DNA of 64,000 bases from Escherichia phage vB_vPM_PD112, in sequence record NC_054928.1. The stretch is one strand, 5' to 3'. Made by a program: the position numbers and the translations under genes. The notes beneath the pieces are model-generated. The model saw only the letters and a list, made by a program, of their open reading frames with translations. It had not been told where the DNA came from and ran no database searches. Every line of letters begins with the position of its first letter. The stretch's first letter is position 1. Below are positions 34,740-48,575 of this stretch, in pieces.

Positions 34740-35075
34740 TCACTTATAAAGACACGGAATAGCTTTATAGTGACATGTTACGAATTTTTGTTTAATTTCT
34801 TTTGGCTGCTTAAGACCCAGAGCTACAAAAGGATGCGGAACGTTTCGAATTTGACCAACTGGAAGAGAAGTCAAATCACCAACTTCGCAGAAACCTTCAG
34901 GAACATCAGGACCAACAGAGTGAATTACACACAGTTCAGGAACTTCACCTTGAACACGTTTACCGATAATAAGTCCTGATTCTGTAACTTCTTCATCACC
35001 GGCTTGTGCAGGTTCAGAAACTAAAATAACATATTCACCTACAGCACGAATTGGTAGCTGTTGTACTTCAGACAT
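34740..35075 (-). CDS. 31: Co-chaperonin gp31 (GroES-like, capsid folding)
   Basis: 111 aa, [41 protein letters not shown]... Confidence 0.92.
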   Translation of the reverse strand: MSEVQQLPIRAVGEYVILVSEPAQAGDEEVTESGLIIGKRVQGEVPELCVIHSVGPDVPEGFCEVGDLTSLPVGQIRNVPHPFVALGLKQPKEIKQKFVTCHYKAIPCLYK

Positions 35076-35132
35076 CGTTTTTTCCTTTTTGTTAACAGAT
35101 GAATTAATAATAACAAATAATTCTTAAAGCAT

Positions 35133-35441
35133 TTATTTACCAATAAATTGAAGCAAATGCTCAACTTTCATGCCATTAACAGAAATCAATTTGTCAATAG
35201 AAAAACCTCGCCATGCACCGAGTTCAACATCAAATACCGGAATCATATCAGTAGATTCTTTCCGAGTAGATTCAGTCAATTTACCGGTTTGCATGGTTGG
35301 CATAAAGTCTGCATCACGAGTACCTTTCATAGTACGAATAGTACCATCAGACTTTTCAAAAACCACGTTTGAAATACCCATGGACAATTTAGTTTTCAAA
35401 ATTTCACGAATTGCTACTTTCTGTTCAGTCGACAGTTTCAT
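35133..35441 (-). CDS. Hypothetical protein (31.1-like)
   Basis: 102-aa ORF. Confidence 0.55.
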   Translation of the reverse strand: MKLSTEQKVAIREILKTKLSMGISNVVFEKSDGTIRTMKGTRDADFMPTMQTGKLTESTRKESTDMIPVFDVELGAWRGFSIDKLISVNGMKVEHLLQFIGK

Positions 35442-35678
35442 TTATTTACCTATCACAGTTTTAATATGGGTTGTTCCACGTTCTTTAAGTGTGGAAAGCA
35501 GTTTTTGGCATTTTTCTAAATCAGATTTCCAACTATACGGCCTATCAATACAAACCCATTCTGACTTATAATACTGCTTCCATTTAGAGAAAAAATATTT
35601 CTTATACTCTACAGCAAATGAGATGTTCTCGTTAGAATAAGAACTAATTGCTGTGAGCTTTACCAAACGAAATTTCAT
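35442..35678 (-). CDS. Hypothetical protein (31.2-like)
   Basis: 78-aa ORF. Confidence 0.55.
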   Translation of the reverse strand: MKFRLVKLTAISSYSNENISFAVEYKKYFFSKWKQYYKSEWVCIDRPYSWKSDLEKCQKLLSTLKERGTTHIKTVIGK

Positions 35679-36259
35679 TATTCACCACAGAATTCGTTGA
35701 TATTTTCCCAGTTTAACTTATTCAAGTTTTTCTTAGGAACATTAAACACTTCAATACCTGCATTTCGCAGAATATCATCCCAGCCAGGTTTATTCTTATC
35801 GTATGTTTCGCAATAAACCAGCTTTTTAATTCCAGATTGAGCTATCGCTTTTGCACAATCTGGGCAAGGAGAAAGTGTTACATACATAGTAGCACCTTCA
35901 ATTGAAGAACCATTTCGTGCAGCAAACAAAATTGCATTTAGTTCAGCATGAATTTCATTTTTAGACGACCATTCAGAGTGAGCACTACGGTGTTCTTTCG
36001 CTAAGACAAAACGATCAGTTGAACCAAACGATACACATTCGGGCTTATGACCTTGAATGATAGTATGTTTAGGTTTATTCAGCAACCAACCTTGCTCAGC
36101 AGCATAATCACAACAGTTCACACCACCTGCCGGAGAACCATTATATCCGGTAGAAATAATACGTCCATTCTTTTCAATTACTGCTCCTACCTTCCAGGAG
36201 CAACATTTGGATTCTTGTGATACTAAATATGCAATTTGAAGTACTGTACTCGCTTTCAT
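35678..36259 (-). CDS. cd: dCMP deaminase
   Basis: 193 aa; zinc-binding deaminase motifs (HAELNA...SPCPDCAKAI). Confidence 0.9.
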   Translation of the reverse strand: MKASTVLQIAYLVSQESKCCSWKVGAVIEKNGRIISTGYNGSPAGGVNCCDYAAEQGWLLNKPKHTIIQGHKPECVSFGSTDRFVLAKEHRSAHSEWSSKNEIHAELNAILFAARNGSSIEGATMYVTLSPCPDCAKAIAQSGIKKLVYCETYDKNKPGWDDILRNAGIEVFNVPKKNLNKLNWENINEFCGE

Positions 36260-36594
36260 TTCATAATCACCAGATAAGCAGATTTAGCAGTTTCAACACG
36301 ATAAATTTCATGACGAAGTTTAGTTATACTTTTAATAACAGAACTAATTATATTCTGCCCATCTTTAAAGCGGTTTTTCTTATCAATAAAAATTGCACCA
36401 GCCATCTTTTTGTGAAGCTCAACTGGATACTTCGTCACAATAATAGCATCATACACAGAAGGATGAATACTATTCACTAGAGTATCGTTCATTAAAGTTA
36501 TTCTAATGAACTGTGCTGTTTCAGAATCAAGCGCTCTATGACCGCCAGTATCATTTTCAAGACAATTATCAATTATATCAGTTAAATTCATCAT
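36256..36594 (-). CDS. Hypothetical protein (cd.1-like)
   Basis: 112-aa ORF. Confidence 0.55.
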   Translation of the reverse strand: MMNLTDIIDNCLENDTGGHRALDSETAQFIRITLMNDTLVNSIHPSVYDAIIVTKYPVELHKKMAGAIFIDKKNRFKDGQNIISSVIKSITKLRHEIYRVETAKSAYLVIMK

Positions 36595-36827
36595 AGTACG
36601 CCATACACCCTTTGTGCTTCAACTAATCCATCAAAATCCAATTTGAGATGTGTTATTTGGTCACCATCACCTGGATTCACAATTACTAATACTGAACGAG
36701 GAGTTTCGGTAATAACACGAACCGATGTTTCAGGAAATCGTTCAGAAACCTTATTTACCAATTCCTGAGCAAATAGTTTAACTTTTTCTTGAAATTCTTT
36801 AACAGTAATTGGTTTTTCACTTAGCAT
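36591..36827 (-). CDS. Hypothetical protein (cd.2-like)
   Basis: 78-aa ORF. Confidence 0.55.
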   Translation of the reverse strand: MLSEKPITVKEFQEKVKLFAQELVNKVSERFPETSVRVITETPRSVLVIVNPGDGDQITHLKLDFDGLVEAQRVYGVL

Positions 36828-36844
36828 TTCAATTTCCTCATTTG

Positions 36845-36895
36845 TTTTGGTAGAGCTATAATATCACAACTCTACCGTAAAGTAAACTATTAAAT
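36845..36895 (-). promoter_or_regulatory. Early promoter with overlapping stem-loop (PeSL-like)
   Basis: Minus strand GTTTAC...TATTAT within inverted repeat GGTAGAG...CTCTACC. Confidence 0.5.
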
Positions 36896-37165
36896 TGCTT
36901 TGAATTCTGATGTCTGCGATTCAAAACGAATGTCGCCTTTGATGACTAGCTCAGCATCAAGACCGAATACGACAATGATATGCGCGGAACCTGGATACAG
37001 CGTAATGGCGATAGAATCAACCTGGTCTGGAAGCAAAGTGTTCAATACATGAGTCACTTGAGCATGAATTCGAAGCTCAGCTGCGTTATCAAGCTTTTCA
37101 AACATATTATTAGCTATAATTTGGCTAAACACTACTTCTACGATTTTAGAATAAGTCGGAAACAT
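36890..37165 (-). CDS. Hypothetical protein (cd.3-like)
   Basis: 91-aa ORF. Confidence 0.5.
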   Translation of the reverse strand: MFPTYSKIVEVVFSQIIANNMFEKLDNAAELRIHAQVTHVLNTLLPDQVDSIAITLYPGSAHIIVVFGLDAELVIKGDIRFESQTSEFKAI

Positions 37166-37167
37166 AT

Positions 37168-37360
37168 TTACCTCACATAATTTTCTTCAAGCCAATCAAT
37201 AACATCTAAAGCATTATCAAAAATTGAGCCATCTACTTTGTCTTCTGTTTCATAATCAAGAACATCTAAGCCTACTCTTCCATCAACAATAGGCCATAAA
37301 CAAAATAAATATTTCTTTTCTTTTTCAATCTTATCGCAAAGACGATAAATCTTTTCTAAG

Positions 37361-37368
<8 letters not shown>
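37168..37368 (-). CDS. Hypothetical protein (cd.4-like)
   Basis: 66-aa ORF. Confidence 0.5.
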
Positions 37369-38761
<1,393 letters not shown>

Positions 38762-38765
<4 letters not shown>

Positions 38766-38992
38766 TTATTTTTCTCAACCAATGATTGAATATAATCATG
38801 CAGGTCTTTAGATGCTTTACCCCACTTATTTTGATATTCATTTTTGAGATTAGCACGTGATTGAGCTAATAAAACATCATTAGTTGGAGGTAAAGATTCT
38901 AATCGTTGAATCTGGCGTCCATAAATCATTGCAGCCATCTCGGATTCATAAATCAATCCTTTGAGATGTTCAAATTGATGCCATGAAATCAT
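38762..38992 (-). CDS. Hypothetical protein
   Basis: 76-aa ORF. Confidence 0.5.
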
Positions 38993-39288
38993 TTACATTT
39001 ATCCTCTTTTAGCTCTTGACGATAATAACATATCATAGTTTTCTGATCATGTACATATCGTTTTACATCATTAAGCCAAATACGAAATTCCTGGGAATCT
39101 TCGAATGGCATACCGACCCAAGCTTTACCATCAATAACTTTAACTTGCCAGGATAGTTTAGCTTCATCGTATGACTTTATTTGCACAGGCCAATTAGGAT
39201 GAACTGTTTCTTTCTTTACTTCTAGAGGCTTTGTCGAACAACCAACTAGAAGACCAATAGATAATATTACTGCTGATAGTTTAATCAT
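38989..39288 (-). CDS. Outer-membrane spanin (o-spanin lipoprotein; T4 PseT.2-type)
   Basis: 99 aa; signal peptide with lipobox LLVGC. Confidence 0.65.
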   Translation of the reverse strand: MIKLSAVILSIGLLVGCSTKPLEVKKETVHPNWPVQIKSYDEAKLSWQVKVIDGKAWVGMPFEDSQEFRIWLNDVKRYVHDQKTMICYYRQELKEDKCK

Positions 39289-39638
39289 TTAGAAAGGTCC
39301 TGGATGTCTTCTGCGAACTTGTTGAAGGAGTTGTTGATTTGTTTTTCAACCAATCCTGGCTTATGAACCACCACATCCGCCTTCTTTGCGTCTTTGCGCA
39401 GTTTTTCATTTTCACGCTCAATAGCAGCAATTGCCTCACGATTTTTATTATTCATCGCATCAATATAATTATACTGAATTCGCAAATTATTTAATGCTAA
39501 GGCGTTTTCATTGGCCGTTTTTGTAATTTCAGTAACCGATGTTTCTAATCTTTCTACCTTATTTTTTAAAATAATAGATGTTCCGCCAAATGCTATTACA
39601 AGTAATAGCAATCCAGCTGTAAAATTACTTACATGCAT
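39285..39638 (-). CDS. Inner-membrane spanin (i-spanin; T4 PseT.3-type)
   Basis: 117 aa; N-terminal TM helix (GLLLLVIAFGGTSIIL) then coiled-coil. Confidence 0.65.
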   Translation of the reverse strand: MHVSNFTAGLLLLVIAFGGTSIILKNKVERLETSVTEITKTANENALALNNLRIQYNYIDAMNNKNREAIAAIERENEKLRKDAKKADVVVHKPGLVEKQINNSFNKFAEDIQDLSK

Positions 39639-40135
39639 AAAGTTTTAATAACCTCTACAATATCGTCTTGAGAAAGACCGTTAATTAAAATATGATGTTC
39701 AGCTGGAGATTTAGAAATTTTAAAGCATGCCTCAACATCTTCTGCCATATCTGATGCGCTACGATTTGGATTACTGATTCCAAGACGATGTTTTCCCGTC
39801 AAAGGATTAACGATGATATAGCATTTACAGCTATTAATGTGAACATTAGGTTGAGTCTGATTAATGAACACATCACAATCGTATTTCGCAAGCTGATTTT
39901 CTAAAAAGACTTTCATCTCTTCAACCGCATCAGGAAGCATATCACGGGCTTGCTCAAGACGACGATTTCGATATTCTTTAATGGTCGTTTTCCGCTTGAC
40001 TTGCTTAGCTAAATCTTTCTTAAGATCGGTGATATATCCAACTCGACGATTTCCTTTGAATACAGAAATCCCATCTGTAGTATCACCGTATGCTTCAACG
40101 ACCATCTCAGTAGTAATAAGTTGTAAATCCATCAT
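39629..40135 (-). CDS. alc: Alc (inhibitor of host transcription on cytosine DNA)
   Basis: 168-aa ORF at the T4 alc position between the spanins and rnlA. Confidence 0.7.
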   Translation of the reverse strand: MMDLQLITTEMVVEAYGDTTDGISVFKGNRRVGYITDLKKDLAKQVKRKTTIKEYRNRRLEQARDMLPDAVEEMKVFLENQLAKYDCDVFINQTQPNVHINSCKCYIIVNPLTGKHRLGISNPNRSASDMAEDVEACFKISKSPAEHHILINGLSQDDIVEVIKTLCM

Positions 40136-40146
40136 AAAGTCCTCGT

Positions 40147-40193
40147 GTTATGTCAGTAAGACTACTATAACACAACACGAGGGACTTGTAAAC
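40147..40193 (-). promoter_or_regulatory. Early promoter / PeSL-like element, copy 2 (upstream of alc)
   Basis: Minus strand TTTACA (40187-40192) - 17 nt - TATAGT (40164-40169); inverted repeat CCTCGTGTT / AACACGAGG; then ACGAGGA SD and the alc ATG. Confidence 0.7.
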
Positions 40194-40196
40194 AGC

Positions 40197-41784
<1,588 letters not shown>

Positions 41785-41792
41785 AATAAAAT

Positions 41793-41806
41793 GGGCCTTG
41801 CGGCCC
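41793..41806 (-). terminator. Stem-loop GGGCC-GCAA-GGCCC downstream of nrdB
   Basis: Inverted repeat just past the nrdB stop. Confidence 0.4.
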
Positions 41807-41811
41807 ACTCC

Positions 41812-42314
41812 TTAAAAGTATTTTTTAAAACTCATCATAACTTTATCATCAACATCATTATCAATCTGTGCAACAAGGTAAGATGACAGTTCTACTTCTT
41901 GTGGCGCGGATTGAACATTATCAGAATTAAGATATTCACGAATCCAAGGATATGGGTGTTTAACCGGAGCATCGGTAATTGGGCATGGAAGACCACACTG
42001 TTTCATACGAGATACAGTTAAGTAATCAATAAAGCTCCACATGCTATTTGTATTTAATCCAGGAACATCGCCATCTTTAAATAAATGAACTGCCCAGTCT
42101 TTTTCTTGGCGGTTAACTTCCATGAAAATATCAACTGCTTCTTGTTCACACTCTTGAGCAATTTTAACCCATTCATCACCATCAGTGCCAAGTTGAAGTT
42201 GACGAATAATATATTGGGTGCCTTTAAGGTGAAGCTGCTCATCACGTGCAATGAACTTCATAATCTTGGCATTACCTTCCATGATTTCCATGTTCTTATG
42301 GAAGTTAAAGGTAC
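41812..42314 (-). CDS. nrdB: Ribonucleotide reductase beta subunit NrdB, exon 2
   Basis: Frame continues upstream of the called Met as (C)TFNFHKNMEIMEGNAKIM..., matching the R2 core [21 protein letters not shown]. Confidence 0.85.
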
Positions 42315-42618
42315 CGTTATGTTCGATTGAGCTCGCTAATTCTCAACCCGTTCTCTTATGAACTGCTACATATTACTATGCAGACCAGACTATATCACAA
42401 TCCCAGAGGGATTCTCCCCATTTCGAGTCGCTTGACCCTACGTCCGAAGACTAGTCGTTGAACCTTGCTTTGCAATTGTGCATCCTCTTAAAAGTATAAT
42501 CATTTATATTATACTAATTAAAGGTGCAAGCAAAACCTTGGCTGCTAGTTTTCCTATAAAGGACTTTCCAGCAATTAAAGGAGTTTTCGATAAACGTTAC
42601 CGTTTAAAGGCGCATTTT
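42315..42618 (-). ncRNA. Group I self-splicing intron in nrdB (304 nt, no endonuclease ORF)
   Basis: Exon 1 ends ...UCUUUUGCGU; intron ends ...ACAUAACG; joining restores SFA-C-TFNFH in frame; P7-like GACUA/UAGUC pairing in the core. Confidence 0.8.
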
Positions 42619-43294
42619 ACGCAAAAGATACATAAAAACGAATAGCTTCTAAGGCATTAATAACGTGCAAACAGAGGTAAAGAGATTTCATTAAAGCACG
42701 TTTAGCTTCGGCTTCTTGTTTAATAGCTCGGTTTAAACGAAAATCAGCATCAGGAGATTCTTTAGCTAGTTCTACAAATTCTTTAGCATTTTCCCATTCA
42801 CGGGTTTTAATAAGAACATCATCATAATAACGCCCAATGGATTCAGCACGTTTCATAATAGCTTCATCTAATACAATCTCATCAAATACCTTCGATGGAT
42901 CAGTATAAAGATTTCGCATGATATGTGTATATGAACGGCTGTGAATAGTTTCACTAAAAGTCCACGTAGCAACCCATGTATCAAGGCTTGGGTCTGAAAT
43001 TAATGACATAAGTACAGCAGACGGCGCACGACCCTGAATGCTATCCAAAAGTGATTGATACTTCAGATTATTAGTAAAAATATTTTGCTGATACTGAGGA
43101 AGCTTATTAAACTGTGCAGCATCCATCATTAAGTTTACTTCTTCAGGACGCCAGAAAAATGATAAGGACTTCTCTGTAAGTTCTTCAAATACCTTATGTC
43201 GTTGAATATCATAACGTGCAATTCCAAGACCTGAACCGAAGAACATAGGTTCTGTTAAAACATCAACTGGATTTGTATTAAAAACTGTGCTCAT
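42619..43294 (-). CDS. nrdB: Ribonucleotide reductase beta subunit NrdB, exon 1
   Basis: 225 aa, MSTVFNTNPVDVLTEPMFFGSGLGIARYDIQRHKVFEEL... ending ...IRFYVSFA. Confidence 0.88.
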
Positions 43295-43345
43295 AAATTT
43301 TCCACTTAGTTAATAGTTGGTGACTCGTCCATGAGTCAAATTATA

Positions 43346-45610
43346 TCATAATTTACAGGATGAACAATCTTCAGCTTTTGGAGTTTCTATTTCATAATCA
43401 TCAGTACCAGAACCATCACGGGTATTATGATAATAGAAATTTTTAATGCCATAATACCATCCGTATAGCATGTCATCAATCATTATTGACATTGGAACCT
43501 TTCCTTTTGGAAAAATCTGCGGGTCATAGTAAGTATTAGCAGAAGCAGATTGGCACACCCATTTCAACATAATAGCTACCTGCGTAAGATAAGGTTTATT
43601 ACCTTTCTTAGCTAATTTCCATGTATAATCATATAGATCTATGTTATGTTCAATATTGGGCACGACTTGATTAAAGGAACCCTCTTTTGACTCTTTAACA
43701 GAGACTGGTCCACGTGGAGGCTCGATACCGTTTGTACTGTTAGAAACTTGGGAAGATGACTCACATGGCATAAGTGCTGATAATGTGCTATTACGGATGC
43801 CAAAGAGCTTAAGGTCTTCCCGCAGCGCCGACCAGTCACAAACGTATTTTGGAGCTGCGATTTGGTCAATCTTTTTATTGTACCAGTCGATAGGTAATTC
43901 GCCTCGAGACCAACGAGTGTCTGAATAATATTCGCAAGGTCCTTTTTCTTTGGCGAGCTTAATGGATGCTTTAATGAGCCCATACTGTAATCTCTCAAAT
44001 AGTTCATGTGTTAAATCGTTAGCATCTTCATAAGAAGCAAAGTTACTTGCCAGCCAAGCTGCATAGTTAGTAACACCTACGCCAAGGTTTCGACGCTTTT
44101 TAGCTTTTTCTGCTTCAGGAACTGGATATCCTTGGTAATCCAACAGATTATCAAGAGCACGAACTTGAACTTCTGCCAATTCATTAATTTTATCTTGGTC
44201 TTGCCAATCGAAGTTATCAAGAACAAAGGCAGAAAGAGTGCAGAGGCCCACTTCAGCGTCAGGTCCATTCACATCATTTGTTGGAATAGCAATTTCACAA
44301 CACAAGTTACTCTGGCGAATAGGCGCCTTTTCACGAATAAACGGAGTATAGTTATTCGTATTATCAATGAACTGCACATAAATCCTTGCTGTTCCTGAGC
44401 GTTCAGTCATGAGCAATTCAAATAGTTCACGGGCTTTAATACGCTTTTTACGAATATTAGGATCTTTTTCTGCCGCTTCGTATAATTCACGGAAACGGTC
44501 TTGGTCTTTAAAATAAGAATAATAAAGTTCGCCACCCATTTCATGCGGACTGAATAAAGTAATGTAATCGTTCTTTCCGAATCGTTCCATCATTAGGTCA
44601 TTCAGTTGAACGCCATAATCCATATGACGGATACGGTTTTCTTCTACACCTTTGTTATTTTTCAAAACGAGAAGATTTTCAACTTCCAAATGCCAAATAG
44701 GATAATAAGCAGTAGCAGCGCCGCCACGAATTCCACCCTGTGAGCATGATTTAACAGCAGTCTGAAAATGTTTCCAAAAAGGAATAACACCAGTATGACG
44801 CACTTCACCTGTGCCAATCTTAGAACCTTCGGCACGAATCATACCAACGTTAATGCCGATTCCAGCTCGTTTAGAAATATACTCAACAATTGAAGCAGAA
44901 GCCTTATTGATAGACTTCAGCGAATCACCTGCCTCAATAACAACGCATGAACTAAATTGCCGAGTTGGAGTACGACATCCAGCCATAATAGGAGTTGGCA
45001 ATGAAATCTGTCGAGTAGATACTGCTTCATAAAAACGAATAACATGTTTTAATCTGTCAACAGGTTCATCTTGATGCAATGCCATTCCAATAGTCATAAA
45101 TGCAAACTGTGGAGTTTCATAAATTTGACCAGTGGTTTTATCTTTAACGAGATATTTTTCTTTTAATTGCATCGCCCCGGAATAAGTAAATTCCATATCC
45201 CGCTCATGCTTAATTTTTGATTCTAAAAATGTAATTTCTTCTGCTGAATATTTTGACAGCAGTTCAGGGTCATATTTACCTTCATTTACACAGTAAGAAA
45301 TATGGTCAATAAATGAACGTGGTTCATACTGACCGTAAACATGCTTACGAAGAGCGAACATTAAACAGCGTGCAGCTACATATTGATAATCAGGCTCTTC
45401 AACTGAAATAGAATTCGCAGCAGCCTTAATGACAATAGTCTGAATGTCATCAGTTGTCATTCCATCACGGAGATATGATTTAATATTTTCATATAATTCA
45501 TAAGGATCTACAGATGTTCCTTCAGCTGCCCAAGATAAAACTTTAATAATTTTTTGCGGGTCAAAGCTTTGAGAAACACCACTACTTTTGATAACATTAA
45601 TTAATTGCAT
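43346..45610 (-). CDS. nrdA: Ribonucleotide reductase alpha subunit NrdA
   Basis: 754-aa ORF with class I RNR large-subunit-like sequence. Confidence 0.92.
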   Translation of the reverse strand: MQLINVIKSSGVSQSFDPQKIIKVLSWAAEGTSVDPYELYENIKSYLRDGMTTDDIQTIVIKAAANSISVEEPDYQYVAARCLMFALRKHVYGQYEPRSFIDHISYCVNEGKYDPELLSKYSAEEITFLESKIKHERDMEFTYSGAMQLKEKYLVKDKTTGQIYETPQFAFMTIGMALHQDEPVDRLKHVIRFYEAVSTRQISLPTPIMAGCRTPTRQFSSCVVIEAGDSLKSINKASASIVEYISKRAGIGINVGMIRAEGSKIGTGEVRHTGVIPFWKHFQTAVKSCSQGGIRGGAATAYYPIWHLEVENLLVLKNNKGVEENRIRHMDYGVQLNDLMMERFGKNDYITLFSPHEMGGELYYSYFKDQDRFRELYEAAEKDPNIRKKRIKARELFELLMTERSGTARIYVQFIDNTNNYTPFIREKAPIRQSNLCCEIAIPTNDVNGPDAEVGLCTLSAFVLDNFDWQDQDKINELAEVQVRALDNLLDYQGYPVPEAEKAKKRRNLGVGVTNYAAWLASNFASYEDANDLTHELFERLQYGLIKASIKLAKEKGPCEYYSDTRWSRGELPIDWYNKKIDQIAAPKYVCDWSALREDLKLFGIRNSTLSALMPCESSSQVSNSTNGIEPPRGPVSVKESKEGSFNQVVPNIEHNIDLYDYTWKLAKKGNKPYLTQVAIMLKWVCQSASANTYYDPQIFPKGKVPMSIMIDDMLYGWYYGIKNFYYHNTRDGSGTDDYEIETPKAEDCSSCKL

Positions 45611-45880
45611 AAGTCCTCAACTTGAAAATCGTCTTTAAACAATCGGTTAACTATATGAGCTATTATATCACCATGACACGGCTTTGGTTTACATGTGCAT
45701 CCTAGCCTCATTCCACGTAAAGGCTCTAAATGTGCTTTAGTTATTTCTCCGGATTTAATTCGACGTATAAAATCTTTTTGAATAATTCAATGGCAGCCTC
45801 CCGGCTGCCAGCATCTTTACCGACGTAATTTCCCCCAAAATGTACCACGGTGAATATTAACATCAAAGTCGGATTTGTAT

Positions 45881-46144
45881 TTATTCACTACCCGACATAG
45901 ACGGCCCGCGCGGTGATAATTCGGCATATTGTTTTTCCGTTAAAACAGTAATATCGTAGTAACAGTCAGAAGAAGTTTTAACTGTGGAAATTTTATTATC
46001 AAAATACTCACGAGTCATTTTATGAGTATAATATTTTTTGCCATAAATGATAATAGGCTGATTTGGTCCTGGAACTTCTAGCTCACTTGGATTAGGAAGT
46101 GTAAAAAGAACTACACCAGAAGTATCTTTAAATCGTAAAATCAT
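45881..46144 (-). CDS. Hypothetical protein (nrdA.1-like)
   Basis: 87-aa ORF between td and nrdA. Confidence 0.55.
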   Translation of the reverse strand: MILRFKDTSGVVLFTLPNPSELEVPGPNQPIIIYGKKYYTHKMTREYFDNKISTVKTSSDCYYDITVLTEKQYAELSPRGPSMSGSE

Positions 46145-46167
46145 ATATCCTCACAATTAATAATTAA

Positions 46168-46479
46168 TTACACTGCCATTTTTCCTTTAATAGGAGGGTG
46201 TGATTCATAACCTTTAAGAACGAAATCTTTAGGCCTGAGTTTAAGAACATATTTTAATTGTTCTTTAGTAGAAAGATAGCGGAATTTATAAGGTAGACCA
46301 CTTATTACCAGTTCACAAAGCTCTTTAGGTTCACGACGTAAAATTTCTTTACACTGTTCTACGTGATTCATATAGATATGAGTATTACCACCAGAAAATA
46401 TCAAATCTCCTGGAATAAGATTACACATCTTAGCTACAATATGAACTAACGCAGCATATGATGCAATATTAAATGGAAG
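46168..46479 (-). CDS. td: Thymidylate synthase Td, exon 2
   Basis: LPFNIASYAALVHIVAKMCNLIPGDLIFSGGNTHIYMNH...; the called Met codon is actually the intron's last 3 nt. Confidence 0.9.
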   Translation of the reverse strand, partial: LPFNIASYAALVHIVAKMCNLIPGDLIFSGGNTHIYMNHVEQCKEILRREPKELCELVISGLPYKFRYLSTKEQLKYVLKLRPKDFVLKGYESHPPIKGKMAV

Positions 46480-46741
46480 CATTATGTTCAGATAAGGTCG
46501 TTAATCTTATCCCGGAATTATATCCAGCTGCATGTCACCATGCAGAGCAGACTATATCTCCAACTTGCTAAAGCAAGTTGTCTATCGTTTCGAGTCACTT
46601 GACCCTACTCCCTAAAGGGATAGTCGTTAGGCATTTATGTAGAACCAAAGTCCTACAATTTAGCACGGGATTGTCTACTAGAGAGGTTCCCCGTTTAGAT
46701 AGATTACAAGTATAAGTCACCTTATACTCAGGCCTAAATTA
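46480..46741 (-). ncRNA. Group I self-splicing intron in td (262 nt, I-TevI ORF absent)
   Basis: 5' splice site UUGGGU|UAAUUUAGGCCUGAGUAUAAGGUGACUUAUACUUG...; 3' end ...CUUAUCUGAACAUAAUG|CUUCCAUUU; matches the T4 td intron core minus the ORF loop. Confidence 0.88.
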
Positions 46742-47289
46742 ACCCAAGAAAACATCTACAGAACGTTGATACCACTGCAAATCCAAATAGCCATTACGCA
46801 CATTAAACTGATAGAACATGTGACAAGGCGGTAATGCCATTTGCTTAAGTTCAGCTGGATTCCATGCAGAAACAATTTGACGCCTATCATTCGGCAGTTT
46901 TTTAATACGATCAATAACTTCTATAATTTGGTCTACACCGCCAAAATCACGCCATTGTTTTCCATAAATTGGACCAAGTTCACCGCTATGATATCCTAAA
47001 TCTTTTGCTTGATTTTCGTAATTTTCATCCCAGACTGTTTTGCCTTGAATTAATGAATTATGTTGAATTAATCGCAAATCATTTACGTTAGTACTTCCTG
47101 ATAAGAACCACAATAACTCAGAAATACATGCATTCCAGGCGAGCTTCTTAGTCGTTACTGCAGGAAAACCTTTAGTTAAATCCCAACGTAATTTAGTACC
47201 GAACAAAGCAATTGTTCCTGTGCCTGTTCGGTCATCGGTTTCATAACCGTTTTCCAGGATATCTTTAATTAAAAATTGGTATTGTTTCA

Positions 47290-47290
<1 letters not shown>
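46742..47290 (-). CDS. td: Thymidylate synthase Td, exon 1
   Basis: 183 aa from MKQYQFLIKDILENGYETDDRTGTGTIALFG...; exons total 286 aa. Confidence 0.9.
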
Positions 47291-48322
<1,032 letters not shown>

Positions 48323-48332
48323 ATTATTTTCC

Positions 48333-48575
48333 TTAAACAGACTTTTTCACAATTTTCCAATCAGCTTTAAACTGTTCAACGTCAGAGTGGTAAATCCAGA
48401 ATCCTGCGCTTTCTCCATCCTCATAAAGAGGGCATCCATCGCATTCATCTTCCCATCCCATGTCACGTAAAAGATGTTCAGCTTTTTCAACAAGTTCAGA
48501 ATCTTTACCTATGATATTAAAATACCATTTACCTCTAACTTCTGAATCTTTAATGCTCTGGCGTTGTAATCTCAT
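48333..48575 (-). CDS. Hypothetical protein (frd.2-like)
   Basis: 80-aa ORF. Confidence 0.5.
   Translation of the reverse strand: MRLQRQSIKDSEVRGKWYFNIIGKDSELVEKAEHLLRDMGWEDECDGCPLYEDGESAGFWIYHSDVEQFKADWKIVKKSV

Noticed and set aside
42481-42540. Late-promoter-like TATAAATG box plus AAGAGG/ATG inside the nrdB intron as a remnant endonuclease start
   Set aside because: The downstream frame closes within ~10-20 codons and the SD spacing is poor; it may be a vestige of a deleted endonuclease gene but the sequence alone does not support an annotation.
42292-42616. nrdB N- and C-terminal ORFs as two separate genes with an intergenic spacer
   Set aside because: The two frames rejoin precisely across U|...G boundaries and restore the conserved R2 motif, and the spacer has group I core pairings; a self-splicing intron explains it better.
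46482-46482. ATG at 46480-46482 called by the ORF track as the start of a 104-aa protein
   Set aside because: That ATG is the last three nucleotides of the td intron (…AUAAUG); the ORF is td exon 2 and has no independent start.
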